The notes below the pieces were generated by a model that worked only from the letters and a program-made list of their open reading frames with translations, ran no database searches and was not told where the DNA came from. A stretch of DNA of 47,769 nt. Source: Promethearchaeota archaeon. Lineage in GTDB: Archaea > Asgardarchaeota > Lokiarchaeia > Sigyniarchaeales > SOKP01. The translations under genes and the position numbers were made by a program. The DNA lies in NCBI GenBank assembly GCA_019057795.1, contig JAHLWS010000081.1, forward strand, positions 1 through 47,769, read 5' to 3'. Of this stretch, positions 1-9,496 are shown piece by piece (the first letter of the stretch is position 1; each line of letters opens with the position of its first letter).

Positions 1-165
1 GATATGGACGACGAAGAATTATACGCCGTCGGCAACATGATTAATGAGATTAAGCTTGAACGAGAGCTAGAAGAGAAAGACAAGGCGTTAGAAGAGAAAG
101 ACAAGGCGTTAAAAGAGAAAGACAAGATTATTAAGCAGTTAAAAGCGCAAATAAAGAGTAAATAG
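1..165 (+). CDS. 3' end of a CDS (5'-truncated by the window) with a C-terminal heptad coiled-coil repeat
   Basis: Frame 1 is open from base 1 to TAG at 163-165: ...ELEEKDKALEEKDKALKEKDKIIKQLKAQIKSK*; followed by a T-rich tract. Confidence 0.7.
   Translation, partial: DMDDEELYAVGNMINEIKLERELEEKDKALEEKDKALKEKDKIIKQLKAQIKSK
68..126 (+). repeat. 21-bp in-frame tandem repeat (about 2.8 copies)
   Basis: TAGAAGAGAAAGACAAGGCGT at 68-88 and 89-109; partial variant at 110-126. Confidence 0.9.
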
Positions 166-375
166 GTAGACTTTTTCTTTCCTGTTCAAGTTTTAAATTA
201 CTGTTTCAATCATCATAGAGAAGTCTAAAATCAAATAAAAGATGATTCATTTATTAAGCGGAATTCAGTAAAGTTGACAACTAGCTTAACTGAATAATAA
301 TGATTTAAGCTTAAAAATAATTAAAAAAAGAGGTATTTCTAAGTAAAATTCTTAAATTTTTTTAACTAAAAAATC

Positions 376-909
376 TTAATTGGGTAAATATCCCATATTA
401 TCTAATGCATCTAAAACTATTTTTTTACTTTCTTCAATTGTTTGCTTGTCAGTCTCAACAACTATATCTGCTTTGTCTGGTTCTTCAAAAGGAGAATCGA
501 TGCCTGTAAATTTCTTTATCTCGCCGGCTCTAGCTTTTGCGTACATTCCTTTCACGTCTCTCTCTTCACATACTTCAATTGAGCATTTCACATAAACTAA
601 AATGTAATCCCCAATTTCTTTGCGAGAGTAATCCCTAATATCGTTAAAAGGTGAAATAAAAGAAGCCAATACGGCAACTTTATTTCGAGTTAGTAGCTTT
701 GCTACAAAAGTGATTCTTTCGATGTTCATTCTTCGATCATCGTCTGAAAACCCTAAGTCTCGAGTTAAACTCTTTCTAACAATATCTCCATCAAGCCGTT
801 CAACCTTCATCCCTCGAGCTTTTAGATCGTCAGCTACGGCATCCGCTAAAATAGATTTACCTGAACAAGCAAGTCCCGTAAACCATAACGTAAATCCTTT
901 ATGTTCCAT
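376..909 (-). CDS. cysC: adenylylsulfate (APS) kinase
   Basis: WFTGLACSGKS P-loop; LDGDIVR, RDVKGMY and FTGIDSPFEEP motifs. Confidence 0.95.
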   Translation of the reverse strand: MEHKGFTLWFTGLACSGKSILADAVADDLKARGMKVERLDGDIVRKSLTRDLGFSDDDRRMNIERITFVAKLLTRNKVAVLASFISPFNDIRDYSRKEIGDYILVYVKCSIEVCEERDVKGMYAKARAGEIKKFTGIDSPFEEPDKADIVVETDKQTIEESKKIVLDALDNMGYLPN

Positions 910-941
910 CTTTTTTTCTCTTTCGTAAATTATATTTTCAA

Positions 942-2327
942 TTAAAATTCTATACTTTTTCCTTCTAAATCTTCTGGAATATTGATTTCAAATATATTCA
1001 ATATCGTAGGAGCTATATCTAAAATATTTTTTGTTTCTAATTTTTTCCCTTTTTCTACTAAGGGGTCGTATATGATAAAAATCCCGTTATAATCGTGAAC
1101 TGCGTCGTCAGGACCAGTGTCATTTTCGTCTAAATACATACTTTTATAACCTATTGTTCCAGCTGATCTCCAATTCAAGTCGTCAAAATAGACTAATAGA
1201 TCAGGAGCGTCGCCTCGTACATTCTCGTATAAATCCTCAGGCTTAAAAATCTTCGTTTTCATTGGGTTTCCTACATTGTCGGGAATTGTTTTTAATTTTT
1301 CTGTTATAGATCTTCGATAGTTCTCGTATTCGGAGGGTTCTATGATTCCAAATTTCTCTCTACCCTTAACATTTAAAAAAATACGGGCGTAATAGCCCCC
1401 CCAACCCCACGCGTAGGTTTTATTCCAATCAATTAAATCTTCTTTTAACCTAGTTCCTGGAGTGGGGCGTTCTTTAAATGTTAATAACCCCAATTTTTCT
1501 AACGCCATATTTACGCAAATACACCCTTTCATGGCTTTAGCACCATGATCTGAAACAACGAAAACAATAGTATCTTCACCAAGTAAATCTAAGACTTCTC
1601 CAATTTCTTTATCTAAGAATTTATAGAAGTTTTTCATTGCGGTTTCAAATATATTACCTGGTTCAAATTTGTGATGCGATTTATCGTAATATTTCCAAAA
1701 CGCGTGGTGAAATCTATCCAATCCAATTATAACAAATTGGCAAAAATCCCATTCCTTATTCTTTATCAGGTACTTGAGGACTTTAAAATGCATTTTTGTC
1801 ATTTTATAAAGGTCTAATAACAATTGCTCCTTATGTGATGTCCGAAATACCACATCAAAAGTATAATTCTCTACAACTTTGCTTATCTCTTCCTTTAACT
1901 CAGGAGGATAAGTAAAGTTCGACAAAGAATCAGGAGTAATAAAGCCAGAAATTAGGTTCCCATTTATAGCTTGAGGTGGGTATGTGGGCGGTACACCTAA
2001 TATTATTGATTTGTATCCATTTTTTCCTAAAATATCCCATATTTTAGGTTCTTTTATGTTTTGTGAGTTCGCCACCCAGAAATCAGTATACGATTTTTCC
2101 TTTCTATGTCGAAACCCATATATTCCTAATGTTCCCGCTTTTTTACCTGTTGCCATTACCATCCAAGCTGGAACGGTTATTGGGGGATCTGAACTTCTAA
2201 GCTTTCCATAAACCCCTTTATTCATTAAATTTCTTATGTTTGGGCATTCATCTTTAAAATCTTCGAATAATGTTTTAGGAGTAGCACAATCTAAACCAAT
2301 AACTATCACTTTTTTATTGCTACTCAA
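942..2327 (-). CDS. alkaline phosphatase superfamily enzyme (type I phosphodiesterase/nucleotide pyrophosphatase-like)
   Basis: IGLDCA, PPITVPAW (Thr at the nucleophile position), DRFHH, SDHG and DDAVH metal motifs; TTG start with AGGAGA upstream. Confidence 0.85.
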   Translation of the reverse strand: MSSNKKVIVIGLDCATPKTLFEDFKDECPNIRNLMNKGVYGKLRSSDPPITVPAWMVMATGKKAGTLGIYGFRHRKEKSYTDFWVANSQNIKEPKIWDILGKNGYKSIILGVPPTYPPQAINGNLISGFITPDSLSNFTYPPELKEEISKVVENYTFDVVFRTSHKEQLLLDLYKMTKMHFKVLKYLIKNKEWDFCQFVIIGLDRFHHAFWKYYDKSHHKFEPGNIFETAMKNFYKFLDKEIGEVLDLLGEDTIVFVVSDHGAKAMKGCICVNMALEKLGLLTFKERPTPGTRLKEDLIDWNKTYAWGWGGYYARIFLNVKGREKFGIIEPSEYENYRRSITEKLKTIPDNVGNPMKTKIFKPEDLYENVRGDAPDLLVYFDDLNWRSAGTIGYKSMYLDENDTGPDDAVHDYNGIFIIYDPLVEKGKKLETKNILDIAPTILNIFEINIPEDLEGKSIEF

Positions 2328-2338
2328 GATAAATTCTC

Positions 2339-3493
2339 CTAATCGGCTTCGACAAAGGGATTACTATATTTTAATATAACTTCCGCGACTTCAGGTCTCA
2401 TAACATCCGCCGTTGGTGGTTTTCCAGCAAGAAGAGCTTCTCGAATTTTTGTTCCTTTAAAAAAATCGTGGAGTTCAGGAGGGTGAGGACAGACTTTATC
2501 GTTTACAATTGAATTACACTTCTTGCAGCGCGAAAAAGATCGAAAGAATAACGGTTCTATCCCTAAATCTGGAAACATATCAAAAATTTTATGGGCGTCG
2601 TATGGCCCGTAAAAATCTCCCACTCCAGCGTGGTCTCTTCCTATTATTATGTGGTCGCAGCCAAAATTTTTTCTTGCAATTGCGTGGAAAATAGCTTCTT
2701 TTGGACCAGCATATCTCATTTCCGTTTCAAATGTGCTTAAAACAACGCGATCTTCAGGATAATAGTTTTTAATCAACGCCTTATAAGCGTTAATTATTAC
2801 TTGATCTAAAAAATCCCCTGCTTTTTTCCTACCGATCACAGGGTTTATGAAAAGCCCATCAAAAAATGTTAAGCCCGCTTTCTGGATATATTCGTGTCCT
2901 AAATGAGGAGGATTTCTCGTTTGAAAAGCTACAACTCGATTCCAATTTTTTGCTTTAAACAGAACGCGCGTCTCTATTGGTTTTAAATCTAACTCAGGAA
3001 AAATGGGAGTAAATTCGTTAACGAGGAATATATCACCCCCTATTAGTTTTTCTTTTTGATCAAAAACTTTTTTAACTCCTGGGTGAGTTTTATCTATTGT
3101 GCCATATACTTTTTCTGCGAAGCTTTTTTTGTTATAACTATAAATATCTTTGATGTTGAATAAGGCAATCGGGTTATTAGAAAAGTCGGTTAAAATTACG
3201 GAATCTTCCTCTTTAAGGTTCGATACATCGCTTTCAGAGACATCAAGTACAATCGGAAATGGCCATGCGATCTCGTTTTCTAAATACATGTGATCCAGAA
3301 CATTTAGTGTATCGTTTTCGGTCATGAATCCTTCTAAAGGGCTAAAAACTCCAAATGCGATGTTTTTAATAACTTTCAAAGTTTCTGAATCGGTTTTTAT
3401 TTTTTCAAACTCGTCAATTTGGTCTAAAATTTTTAGCTTTTCTCTTTCAGGTAGTTCTTTATTAATCAAACTACCCCCATGTGGTTCTATCAT
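2339..3493 (-). CDS. sat: sulfate adenylyltransferase (ATP sulfurylase)
   Basis: PHGG N-terminus, FSPLEGFM, FQTRNPPHLGHE, GRDHAGVG, and C-terminal Zn site CKKC..CPH. Confidence 0.95.
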   Translation of the reverse strand: MIEPHGGSLINKELPEREKLKILDQIDEFEKIKTDSETLKVIKNIAFGVFSPLEGFMTENDTLNVLDHMYLENEIAWPFPIVLDVSESDVSNLKEEDSVILTDFSNNPIALFNIKDIYSYNKKSFAEKVYGTIDKTHPGVKKVFDQKEKLIGGDIFLVNEFTPIFPELDLKPIETRVLFKAKNWNRVVAFQTRNPPHLGHEYIQKAGLTFFDGLFINPVIGRKKAGDFLDQVIINAYKALIKNYYPEDRVVLSTFETEMRYAGPKEAIFHAIARKNFGCDHIIIGRDHAGVGDFYGPYDAHKIFDMFPDLGIEPLFFRSFSRCKKCNSIVNDKVCPHPPELHDFFKGTKIREALLAGKPPTADVMRPEVAEVILKYSNPFVEAD

Positions 3494-3537
3494 GATTTTT
3501 CTATCTTCTTAATTCTTGTTTTCTTTGAAATTTTAAT

Positions 3538-3777
3538 TTAATCGATATATCCTAGATCTCTTAATCGTTGTTTTACTTTCTCTTCTTCTTCTTTTGTAAA
3601 CGCTTGTTTTGTCTTTTCATCTTGCTCAATTGAAGATAAAACTTGCCTTAAGACATAAGTTACATAACTAGATACTGAAGAAAAGCCAGTCCCTTTCATT
3701 CGCTCCTTTACTTTATCTGCTAAAGGTTTGGGAATAGAAACCGTCGTATATTCAACCTTATATTCATCTTTAGACAT
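3538..3777 (-). CDS. ribbon-helix-helix (CopG-like) protein with C-terminal RLxxLGY tail
   Basis: YTTVSIP ribbon strand, GFSSVSSYV helix, C-terminus EEEEKVKQRLRDLGYID; first gene of the sat operon. Confidence 0.8.
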   Translation of the reverse strand: MSKDEYKVEYTTVSIPKPLADKVKERMKGTGFSSVSSYVTYVLRQVLSSIEQDEKTKQAFTKEEEEKVKQRLRDLGYID

Positions 3778-4030
3778 ATATTTTCACTAAATTTTTACTT
3801 TATATTAATAAATTAAAATGAAATTTATTATATATAACTTTACTTAACGCCACATAATTAAATTAATTAAAATCATAAAAAAATATATTAATTCAATTTG
3901 AAATTAGGTAAACCACTTAAAGTCCTAAGAATTTTAAGTTTCCTAATTCTACTCTTATAGTTAAACTATTTATAAATATTTAACAAAGTTTAACTTTACA
4001 GCTTAAATTTGGTAATCTAAAATTTAAAAA

Positions 4031-4693
4031 TCAAGGTTTATTATGGATCCTTATTATATCTTCTTTAATGATTAATACTTTTTCTTCATATTGATTAATC
4101 ATTTCTTTCAATTCAGGTATAGTTGGATAATCATTCTTACCTGTGAAATCATGGGCATCATCAATTAAGATAATGTGATTTTTGTTAGGATGGTTAAGAA
4201 TATATAGCAATTCCTTAGTAATTGGGGTCTCCACATTAGTTTTCGAAGTATTCTTACCTGAATAATGAGCATCAAGCCAAAATAAACATGGGCCGTCTAT
4301 TTTAGAAAGAATTTCGGGTAGTTTTTCTGAACTATCACCCAATTTAACATTGATATGCTTATATTTGATGAATTTTTGTTTTGCTTTGAGATAAAGCACC
4401 TTATTTAATTCGATAGAATAAATTTCTTTAAAATTTTTTTTTACAGCGTTAACTGTATTTCCTAAATAGGTCCCCGTTTCTATAAAAATATTTATTGAAA
4501 ATCTTTTAGCATACATTTTAATAATTTTACGTCTATAAGGTTGAGGGGGTGATTTAGACCTTCCTTTTTTTGCCCATCTTCTAATTTCTTTACCCGTTCT
4601 AATAAAATTAATAGGTTTATTATATAATAACTTTTTATATTTCAGTATTATAATTTTTAACTGTTTTAATTTATCAGATGTATTAATTTCCAA
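4031..4693 (-). CDS. class I SAM-dependent methyltransferase-like protein
   Basis: FIETGTYLG, SIEL, GDS, FWLDAH and ILIDDA motifs; the frame extends to an ATA at 4735 that has GGTGGT upstream. Confidence 0.7.
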   Translation of the reverse strand: MEINTSDKLKQLKIIILKYKKLLYNKPINFIRTGKEIRRWAKKGRSKSPPQPYRRKIIKMYAKRFSINIFIETGTYLGNTVNAVKKNFKEIYSIELNKVLYLKAKQKFIKYKHINVKLGDSSEKLPEILSKIDGPCLFWLDAHYSGKNTSKTNVETPITKELLYILNHPNKNHIILIDDAHDFTGKNDYPTIPELKEMINQYEEKVLIIKEDIIRIHNKP

Positions 4694-4936
4694 ATTAGTA
4701 AGCGATTTGATTTTAGACTTAATATCTTTATATATTTAAAACCACCATTTTTATTCTAGATACTAATTATCAATTGATAAATGAAAAAGGAGAATCTACT
4801 TTTTATAATGTTTCAGAAGTTTTAGATATTTAATGATTCTTAGTTTTTTAATATTTATTTAAGACTATAATCGTTAATTTCTAGTTCTTAATTTTTATAA
4901 TGGAAGAAGGATGAGAATAATAAAATGGTGATACTT

Positions 4937-6595
4937 CTAATAGAAAAATGGAAGATATGCCTGCCAACCTCGTAGAAAAACATTTAAGTTGGGCACTGGT
5001 TCCATAGCTGGCTTTAATGTTAAATACGGAAAAGGATATATCCCCAATTTCCAAAATAGAAAACAAAACTTCCTACTTATTTCTTTAATTTTTAACGCTA
5101 TCGAATTTTTATTTACAAAGTAAGATTTAAAACCTTCTCTTTTTAATATCTCTCTTTCAAATGAAGTTAATTTGCCTAATACCCATAGTAATGAATTCGA
5201 TTTAAGTAATTTTGAGACAGATTTCACCAAATATTTCCAATCAGTCTGATTTTCTAGTGTTTCTAATATTCCAATATCATAAGATTGATTTTTTTGGATT
5301 TTATTTAATATAGTTGTTTTTATTTGATGACTCACTCCAACACTTTGAAAATAAAGATCAGCTTCATTTTTTGAATTATCAGAAATAAAAGCATGAGTTA
5401 TTCTTAATCTTGGTAAATCCGCCAAATCCGCTGATGGTTTAAGATTTTTTTCTGTTATGGAAATTAATTTTAGCGATTCATGAATGCGATGCAATTCTTG
5501 GATATTTTCATATAACCTTACTCTCGCATTAAAATATTCTGGAGATTCAACTCGTTTTTGCTGACATCGATCATCATTAATCGCTAACAAACGTGGATCA
5601 ATTTTATTTTCAAAAACAAATTCTGAAATTGTGAGTGCCAAACTTTCAGTAGTTGCAAAATTATTTTCAGCTTGAAGTTTTCCTGCTTTAGCAATTGCTT
5701 CTGCTTCAGCAGGATGATTATAATAATAAATAATTTTTTCAAGCAAATCTTCAAAACTATGCCATGTAACTAAATGTTTTCCAGGTTCAAAAAATCGATA
5801 AAGGAATGATTGTGAACTTAATTCGTCCACAAAACATAATGCACCTGCAAAGAGACAACTATGTATTTGAGGGGTTAATTGCCCATTTAAACTACTAATT
5901 ACAATCATTTTTGAACGGGATAAGACTTTGAGCCAATCTAAATAGGGAAGTCGATTATAATAATGAAATGGGATATTATGCTTAGGCAACTTTTTTTCTA
6001 AAAACTGTACCATTCGACTTCGGCGTGGATGAGATGAACTCCACCTTTTTCCAATATAAGTTACACCAGACTTTTTATTATTTACTATTTCAAACTTTAA
6101 CGCAATAGGCGGACAAAATGCAGAATGTCTAATACCTGCTTCATAAAAAAAATGTAAATGAGCTGGTTGAGAAGCTGTTAACATATGTTCAAAATTCTCA
6201 CGTTTGATGTAATTAATTAATGAACTAATAGGATACAATAAATGGTGTGTATCAGCAACTATAGCAAATTTAGGGCATTTTAATTTAGATAAATTTTTAG
6301 GAAAACAAGTGGAAGGTGCTTCGAGAACGGAAAAAATTAAATCAATTTTTCGATCATTTTCATTTAACTGTGAAAGTACTTCGTCTATATCAAAAAAACG
6401 TCCACTTGTACGAATATATTTTCTTTCTCTTGTATCTTTATTTTGTAGTTTATGACCACAAAATATTTCGCGTTTTCCACACCAAGGATATGGTTTAACT
6501 TTAACTCTATTAAAATCGCCATGCGAGGGTATGAGTACGATATTTAGTAATTTATCAAAATAATCTTTATAGTTTGTATGATCTTTTAATGTCAT
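4937..6595 (-). CDS. glycosyltransferase-like protein (GT-B, CgeB/Glyco_trans_1_2-like core) with C-terminal extension
   Basis: 552-aa ORF; FEPGKHLVTW...LLEKIIYYYNHPAEAEAIAKAG segment is typical of this family. Confidence 0.65.
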   Translation of the reverse strand: MTLKDHTNYKDYFDKLLNIVLIPSHGDFNRVKVKPYPWCGKREIFCGHKLQNKDTRERKYIRTSGRFFDIDEVLSQLNENDRKIDLIFSVLEAPSTCFPKNLSKLKCPKFAIVADTHHLLYPISSLINYIKRENFEHMLTASQPAHLHFFYEAGIRHSAFCPPIALKFEIVNNKKSGVTYIGKRWSSSHPRRSRMVQFLEKKLPKHNIPFHYYNRLPYLDWLKVLSRSKMIVISSLNGQLTPQIHSCLFAGALCFVDELSSQSFLYRFFEPGKHLVTWHSFEDLLEKIIYYYNHPAEAEAIAKAGKLQAENNFATTESLALTISEFVFENKIDPRLLAINDDRCQQKRVESPEYFNARVRLYENIQELHRIHESLKLISITEKNLKPSADLADLPRLRITHAFISDNSKNEADLYFQSVGVSHQIKTTILNKIQKNQSYDIGILETLENQTDWKYLVKSVSKLLKSNSLLWVLGKLTSFEREILKREGFKSYFVNKNSIALKIKEISRKFCFLFWKLGIYPFPYLTLKPAMEPVPNLNVFLRGWQAYLPFFY

Positions 6596-6762
6596 ATATT
6601 AATAACTTGTTTTATCATTTTATTAATTTTTTTTATAAGTGGAATAACTCTTTTGTACAAGTAATTGAATTTTAAAATTGGTTCAAATATAAAGATCTAT
6701 AAAAACATTTAGGTATAACAAATAAAAAATTTCATAAATTTAAAAGACTGATGAAAATTTAA

Positions 6763-7107
6763 ATTATTAAAATAAATAATGATAAAATTGAACCCTTAAA
6801 AATCAATTTGTTACCCGTCTGCTTTATAGAAAACTATGAACTACGGGCAAATTTATTCATTTCAACATGGGCTTTAAGCGAAAGTTCTAAAGGCTCACAA
6901 GATTTTGTAGCAAAATCTAAATGGTTTAATTCAGAACATATACTCCTTGTTTATTCGATAGAAGGAACCAAATACCCCGATGCTAAAATAATAGAAAAAT
7001 ATGCTAAAGAAATGAATCGCACGATTGAAAATATCGGTTTTCTAAAGGGTAGATATTATGCAATGAAATATGCAATATTCTTTTCTTTATTTGTTATTAT
7101 GCAATAA
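6763..7107 (+). pseudogene. C-terminal relic of a putative sugar O-methyltransferase
   Basis: LFISTWALSES resembles the late motif of sugar O-methyltransferases; in-frame TAA at 6760; no SAM motif I present. Confidence 0.4.
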
Positions 7108-7213
7108 TTTTTATTTGTTCGGACTCAAAATTGAAAACTTAATAGTTTATAAAGATTTTTTAATTTTATAGGTAAATTTAAAGATTTTTAAACTAAATTA
7201 AAACAGATTTAAG

Positions 7214-8398
7214 ATGAAAATAGGTGTTATTGGTTTAGGTAAATTAGGACTTCCATTAGCTTTGGTTTTTGCTAAAGCAGGTTATGAAGTTCTAGGGATT
7301 GATATAAGTGAAGATAGAATTAATAATATAAAAGAATTTTATAAAAAAGAAGCCCAAGAACCAAAAGTAACAGAATATTTACAGAAATACGGTGAAAATC
7401 TCGTGCTAACTACGGACTATAATAGGCTAAGTGATATCTCAATAATAGTTATAATTACTCAGGGCCCAAGCTTGCCAGACGGCAGCTTCAATTCGAGCTA
7501 TGTCGAAAAAGCAGTGAAAGATGTTCACAGTATTAATGATGATACATTAATTGTGATCTCTACCACTACTAATCTAGGAACAATAGATAACTTATCCAAA
7601 ATCCATAATAAAATTTGTTGTAATCCCGAAATGATAAAACAAGGCTCAATTATTAATGATTTTGAAAATCCTAAATTTACTATTATTGGAGCCTATAAAA
7701 AAGAAGAAGGAGAAAAATTCGCAGAAATTTGGAAAAAAGTTCACGATAAACCAATTTTTTATGTTTCACCTATAGAAGCTGAGATTCTTAAGCTTTCATT
7801 GAATGTTAGTTTCGATTTAGGTATTACATTTGCTAATATTATAGGAGAATTATGTGAAAAATATAATGCCAAATCGAACAGTGTTCTAGATATAATTTAT
7901 CACGACAGGAGGAATTATAAGCCTGGATTAGGTTTTATGGGTCCATGTTTTCCACGGGATGTATGCAATTTTAAACGAATAAGTCTAAAAAATTCTATAG
8001 AAAGTGGCTATTTATTTTCCCATTTTCTAACTGAAGCAAATGATTATACTGTTGAACGATACATTCGTAAAATCAAGTCATTCGACCGAAAGAAAATTGG
8101 AATATTAGGTATTAGTTATAAACCCAATGTTCCATATATTTTTGAATCTCAACCAATAAAAATCATTCAACAACTTATTAATGAAAATGTTGGGTTAGAA
8201 TATAGTTTCTATATTTTTGATCCATTAGCAGAAGAAAATGGAAAAAAAGTATTAACTAGTAGCAATATTCACTTTTGTTCATCAATAGATGAATGCTTGG
8301 AAAAGGCGGAAACTATTTTTATTGGAACGGCAAATTATTCAGATATTAAGACAGACAAACCAAAAATTGATCCTTGGAATTATGGAATAGCAGGGTAA
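7214..8398 (+). CDS. UDP-glucose/GDP-mannose dehydrogenase family protein
   Basis: GLGKLG Rossmann motif, NPE, catalytic Cys in GFMGPCFPRD, LGISYKP. Confidence 0.9.
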   Translation: MKIGVIGLGKLGLPLALVFAKAGYEVLGIDISEDRINNIKEFYKKEAQEPKVTEYLQKYGENLVLTTDYNRLSDISIIVIITQGPSLPDGSFNSSYVEKAVKDVHSINDDTLIVISTTTNLGTIDNLSKIHNKICCNPEMIKQGSIINDFENPKFTIIGAYKKEEGEKFAEIWKKVHDKPIFYVSPIEAEILKLSLNVSFDLGITFANIIGELCEKYNAKSNSVLDIIYHDRRNYKPGLGFMGPCFPRDVCNFKRISLKNSIESGYLFSHFLTEANDYTVERYIRKIKSFDRKKIGILGISYKPNVPYIFESQPIKIIQQLINENVGLEYSFYIFDPLAEENGKKVLTSSNIHFCSSIDECLEKAETIFIGTANYSDIKTDKPKIDPWNYGIAG

Positions 8399-8453
8399 TT
8401 TATCCTTTTATACTAACTCAAGAAGAAAACTTATTTTAAAGGTTAAAAATATC

Positions 8454-9485
8454 CTACATTCTTATCCAGTTGTCCATATATCTAAAATCCCAGTTTTTAT
8501 GGATTATTGGATTAGCCCAGTTTTTTGGAGCGATTACAATCTTATTAGGATTATTATTCAGATATGCACCCCACCAGCTAAAAGTGGAGTTTGCGATTAT
8601 TTGATGATCACAACAAGACATTAAATATAATTCAAGATAATCTTTTTCTTGCGGGAATAGAAAATCTAAAGAAGGAAATTCCTTTTCCAAATAATTTCTA
8701 ACGAACTCATGATCAGATGAAAAAATAATTATTTTTATATTATTCAAGCCAAATTTTTCTCTGAAATAAACGATACTTTTAGAATAATAATCAGAGTTCC
8801 ATAAAGATGGTTGATCGTATTTTTTTGGATGAGTTATATTATCACCTCTTCTAATATGTAATGCTATTGTTATGTTATCTCCTTGATAAATTTCGTGGTA
8901 TTTTTTTGTCAAATATTCTTTTTCAGAGGGATAAATATTGAACAAAATAGGCAGCAATTTATCTCTGAATTTATCAAAAAATTTTTCACTTGAAAAATAT
9001 CCATTAAACAAAATACCACTATAGTTTGCTAGGTTGCAAATTTCAATTGGTTTAGCAATTTTATGATAACCCATCCCTTTTTCCTGATAAAAAAATAAAT
9101 TATAGGGCCGATGTTCGATAAGTGAGAGCTTACGGAAAACAGTATCCCAATAAACGGGTCTTGTATCTACTCGACTCGGGGCTCTTCGAATTTTTTTGAA
9201 AACAGGTGATATAGAATGCTCCCAACCATATGCTATAACTGTTGCTATTTGATATAATTGGTTTCCTAGCCCCCCTTTTAGTTTTACGGTAACAATTTTT
9301 TTAGGAACTACTAAATTAGTCTTTACTTTAGCCAGAATCTTACTTAGCAGAGGGATTTTCTTGATTAATTGCTGTAATTTCTCAGTTCTATTAAAATCAG
9401 TTTTAATTAAACGTCCTAGCCGCCAATATAGATCACTTAGAATATCTATTATTGAGAGGATTCTCTTTTTTAAAAATTCTTTCAT
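8454..9485 (-). CDS. GT11 alpha-1,2-fucosyltransferase family protein
   Basis: GGLGNQLYQ, HIRRGD, FSSD and CDHQIIANSTFSWWGAYL motifs. Confidence 0.9.
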   Translation of the reverse strand: MKEFLKKRILSIIDILSDLYWRLGRLIKTDFNRTEKLQQLIKKIPLLSKILAKVKTNLVVPKKIVTVKLKGGLGNQLYQIATVIAYGWEHSISPVFKKIRRAPSRVDTRPVYWDTVFRKLSLIEHRPYNLFFYQEKGMGYHKIAKPIEICNLANYSGILFNGYFSSEKFFDKFRDKLLPILFNIYPSEKEYLTKKYHEIYQGDNITIALHIRRGDNITHPKKYDQPSLWNSDYYSKSIVYFREKFGLNNIKIIIFSSDHEFVRNYLEKEFPSLDFLFPQEKDYLELYLMSCCDHQIIANSTFSWWGAYLNNNPNKIVIAPKNWANPIIHKNWDFRYMDNWIRM

Positions 9486-9496
9486 ATTAGCATCTA

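Noticed and set aside
68-126. CRISPR array
   Set aside because: Repeats are contiguous and in-frame with no spacers; no array or cas genes seen in the window
376-3493. Dissimilatory or assimilatory sulfate reduction
   Set aside because: No apr, dsr, cysH or sulfite reductase in the window; the context points to sulfation
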